From: Anthoceros angustus
Lineage: Eukaryota > Plantae > Anthocerotophyta
Reading direction: 5' to 3'
Assembly (NCBI GenBank): GCA_010909165.1
Contig: MU008157.1
Span: forward strand, 1,054,001-1,118,000
DNA length: 64,000 nt
Shown: positions 62,301-64,000 of the stretch, one piece after another
How the letters are laid out: every line of letters begins with the position of its first letter
Numbering within the stretch: position 1 is the first letter of the stretch
Translations under genes and position numbers: made by a program
Notes under the pieces: model-generated
The model's input: the letters and a program-made list of their open reading frames with translations, nothing else
Database searches by the model: none
What the model was told of the DNA's origin: nothing

Positions 62301-63300
62301 AAACAAAACCGAATGTTGTATCGACATAGAATGTATGACCACTTCTAAGTTCCACGTCGCTCCACTTCTAGGTCTTCAAAGCGTCGTTCTTGCCCATTGC
62401 TTGGCATCTTCGTTTTCCTCAACTTCTTCCTCATCAACCGCTTGCGTAAGCACCGAGCAGTTGTGGTCGTAGCCTATGGATCATTCCTTTGCCGTTTTGG
62501 TTTAGGAGAACATTCGTGCACCTATTGGGCCTCTTAGAGATGAGCTGAGCAGGGCGAGGCTGCCATCGCTGGCCATATAGATTGGCCATTGCATTTGGCC
62601 TGAGTTTGTGTTTCTAATATGCAAAACAGTCTATTTTCTTTCTTGTAATTCTTTATATGTAGCCAATCAGTGATTGTCCTAGTGTATCTCCATTGAATTG
62701 CTCAAGGATGCAATCCAACAAAATAGTACACTAGGATTCCTACCTAGATTTGCACGCCATAGATTTTCTAGAGAAAAATCAACACAAACATCATTTTTGA
62801 TTATCTTTGTTTCATTGAATTTAGACTTCATTTCTAATCAAGGAACAACAAAGAACACATTTTGTGCACATCTTCTAATGCACAAAGAATGTGCATCTAC
62901 CTAGATGCAACATACATAGTATGCTATGATACCATGACTATAAGAACTATAATTATAAGGACTATATAGGTCAATTAATAATAAATAAAGAATAATTACA
63001 TTGTATTCATCGAGAAAAACAACTTGCTTATGCATGAGAAGACAACTTCATGTCTATTCACCTAATGACATAACCCTAACGAGCGGGTATTTGTAAATAA
63101 TTCTAAGTACTTACACATGCCTCCTCTATGGGATAGTACCCTAAACCCTCATCATAATCCCAACACTCTATTTCATCACCTTGTCGCCTTGTTTCAGCCT
63201 TTTCTATAGCTCGCCATATAGATGCACAAGGGAAGAGGGCCAAGTGGGCAGCCATGTCTCGCCGGCGTTGCTTGGCATCTTCGTTTGTTACCCTTTTTTC
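53390..63300 (-). repeat. Tandem array of a ~3.65-kb composite unit (gag remnant + AT-rich spacer + OTU + LINE RT)
   Basis: The anchor CACCTAATGACATAACC occurs at 53749, 55747, 59388 and 63059 (periods 1998, 3641, 3671 bp). OTU copies at ~54983-55467, 56963-57440, 60620-61088. RT CFIDLAKAFDKV motif at ~54098, 56098, 59743. Confidence 0.92.
61850..62420 (-). pseudogene. Ty3/Gypsy capsid (Retrotrans_gag-like) remnant in the array unit (also ~58200-58760)
   Basis: LPKDHRERCRSTWYSLKHTGSLEEFHLEFMKTILKLPDMEQEAKLAIYCDA.KP..ELGIK follows the gag pattern L..LKHTGS..EY..EF..L...P.M.E..KL..F..GLKP. Confidence 0.72.
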
Positions 63301-63531
63301 CCGATTAGGAGTGGAGTTCAATTAGGTGGGCTTGCCGCTATATATCCTTCTCCTCAAGGCTACACTTAACCATTGGATGGCAACCAAGACCTCACGAATA
63401 TATTTCCACGTTGCCATTGCGTTGGGTTTCGTCCCATGAGACTTGTGTGAAAGTTCGAGGCCTTGCGATGACCGATCGCTACTGCGGAGACACAACTTCT
63501 CGACCTTCTAAACAAGCAAGGCGCCCTCTAC

Positions 63532-63697
63532 TCTCCTCAAGGCTACACTTAACCATTGGATGGCAACCAAGACCTCACGAATATCCTTCTCCTCAAGGCT
63601 ACACTTAACCATTGGATGGCAACCAAGACCTCACGAATATCCTTCTCCTCAAGGCTACACTTAACCATTGGATGGCAACCAAGACCTCACGAATATA
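63532..63697. repeat. 56-bp tandem repeat x3 built from two non-adjacent pieces of the OTU unit
   Basis: TCTCCTCAAGGCTACACTTAACCATTGGATGGCAACCAAGACCTCACGAATATCCT at 63532, 63588 and 63644 (the third copy diverges after ...CACGAATAT). Confidence 0.92.
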
Positions 63698-64000
63698 TTT
63701 CCACGATTTCGTCCCTACTTCTAAGACCACTCTTCTCCACTCGGGGCGCTCTTTTACTTGCAGTTGGGATTCGTCCCTTAGGCTGCACATGGCCTTCCAC
63801 TAACACCTACACCTCTAATCCTCTACTCATCTTCTCATCTCCTCATCCTCTTCCTCCTATTCTAACCTCGATTCGGGCTTCTTGGTTTCGACTCGCCCTT
63901 ACACTGGGGTCGCCTCCACCAGCAAGTTCTTCCTTGGGCGGTTGCTATGAGTTTGACACCGGCGAGAACCTCAGTCTTTCCACGTAGTCTACCCCTCAAG

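Noticed and set aside
1-64000. rRNA, tRNA or snoRNA genes
   Set aside because: No recognisable conserved rRNA segments or cloverleaf/A-B box patterns were seen by eye; tRNAscan-SE or Infernal would be needed to exclude them fully.

Overview
Eukaryotic nuclear DNA from a green plant (probably a non-seed streptophyte, inferred from the LHCII gene and the retroelement types), dominated by transposons. 1-3.7 kb: decayed CACTA (En/Spm) transposase on the minus strand. 5.9-10.3 kb: the only clear host genes, an 8-exon DAWDLE/SNIP1-type FHA gene (minus) head-to-head with a 2-exon LHCII chlorophyll a/b-binding gene (plus); an ~850-bp tandem duplication lies across their shared 5' region. 10.8-23.1 kb: a CRE-type RLE retrotransposon tail, then a three-level nest: an APE-type LINE is cut by a Gypsy LTR, which is cut by a complete 5.16-kb Copia element (162-bp LTRs, PBS, PPT, TSD). 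23-53 kb: pieces of two Athila/Tat-like Gypsy families that share a conserved accessory ORF. 28-34 kb and 53-63 kb: many copies of a composite ~3.65-kb unit (Gypsy gag remnant + OTU-like cysteine protease joined to a LINE-type RT region), including a fold-back inversion and a tandem array. The OTU-RT fusion is the most interesting candidate system, but no copy is intact. Major caveat: from ~21.6 kb on, the sequence is a mosaic of re-used segments joined at short microhomologies, with looped repeats and many single-base indels. This pattern suggests assembly, amplification or other artefact, so copy numbers and junctions need read-level validation. No rRNA, tRNA or CRISPR features were found.
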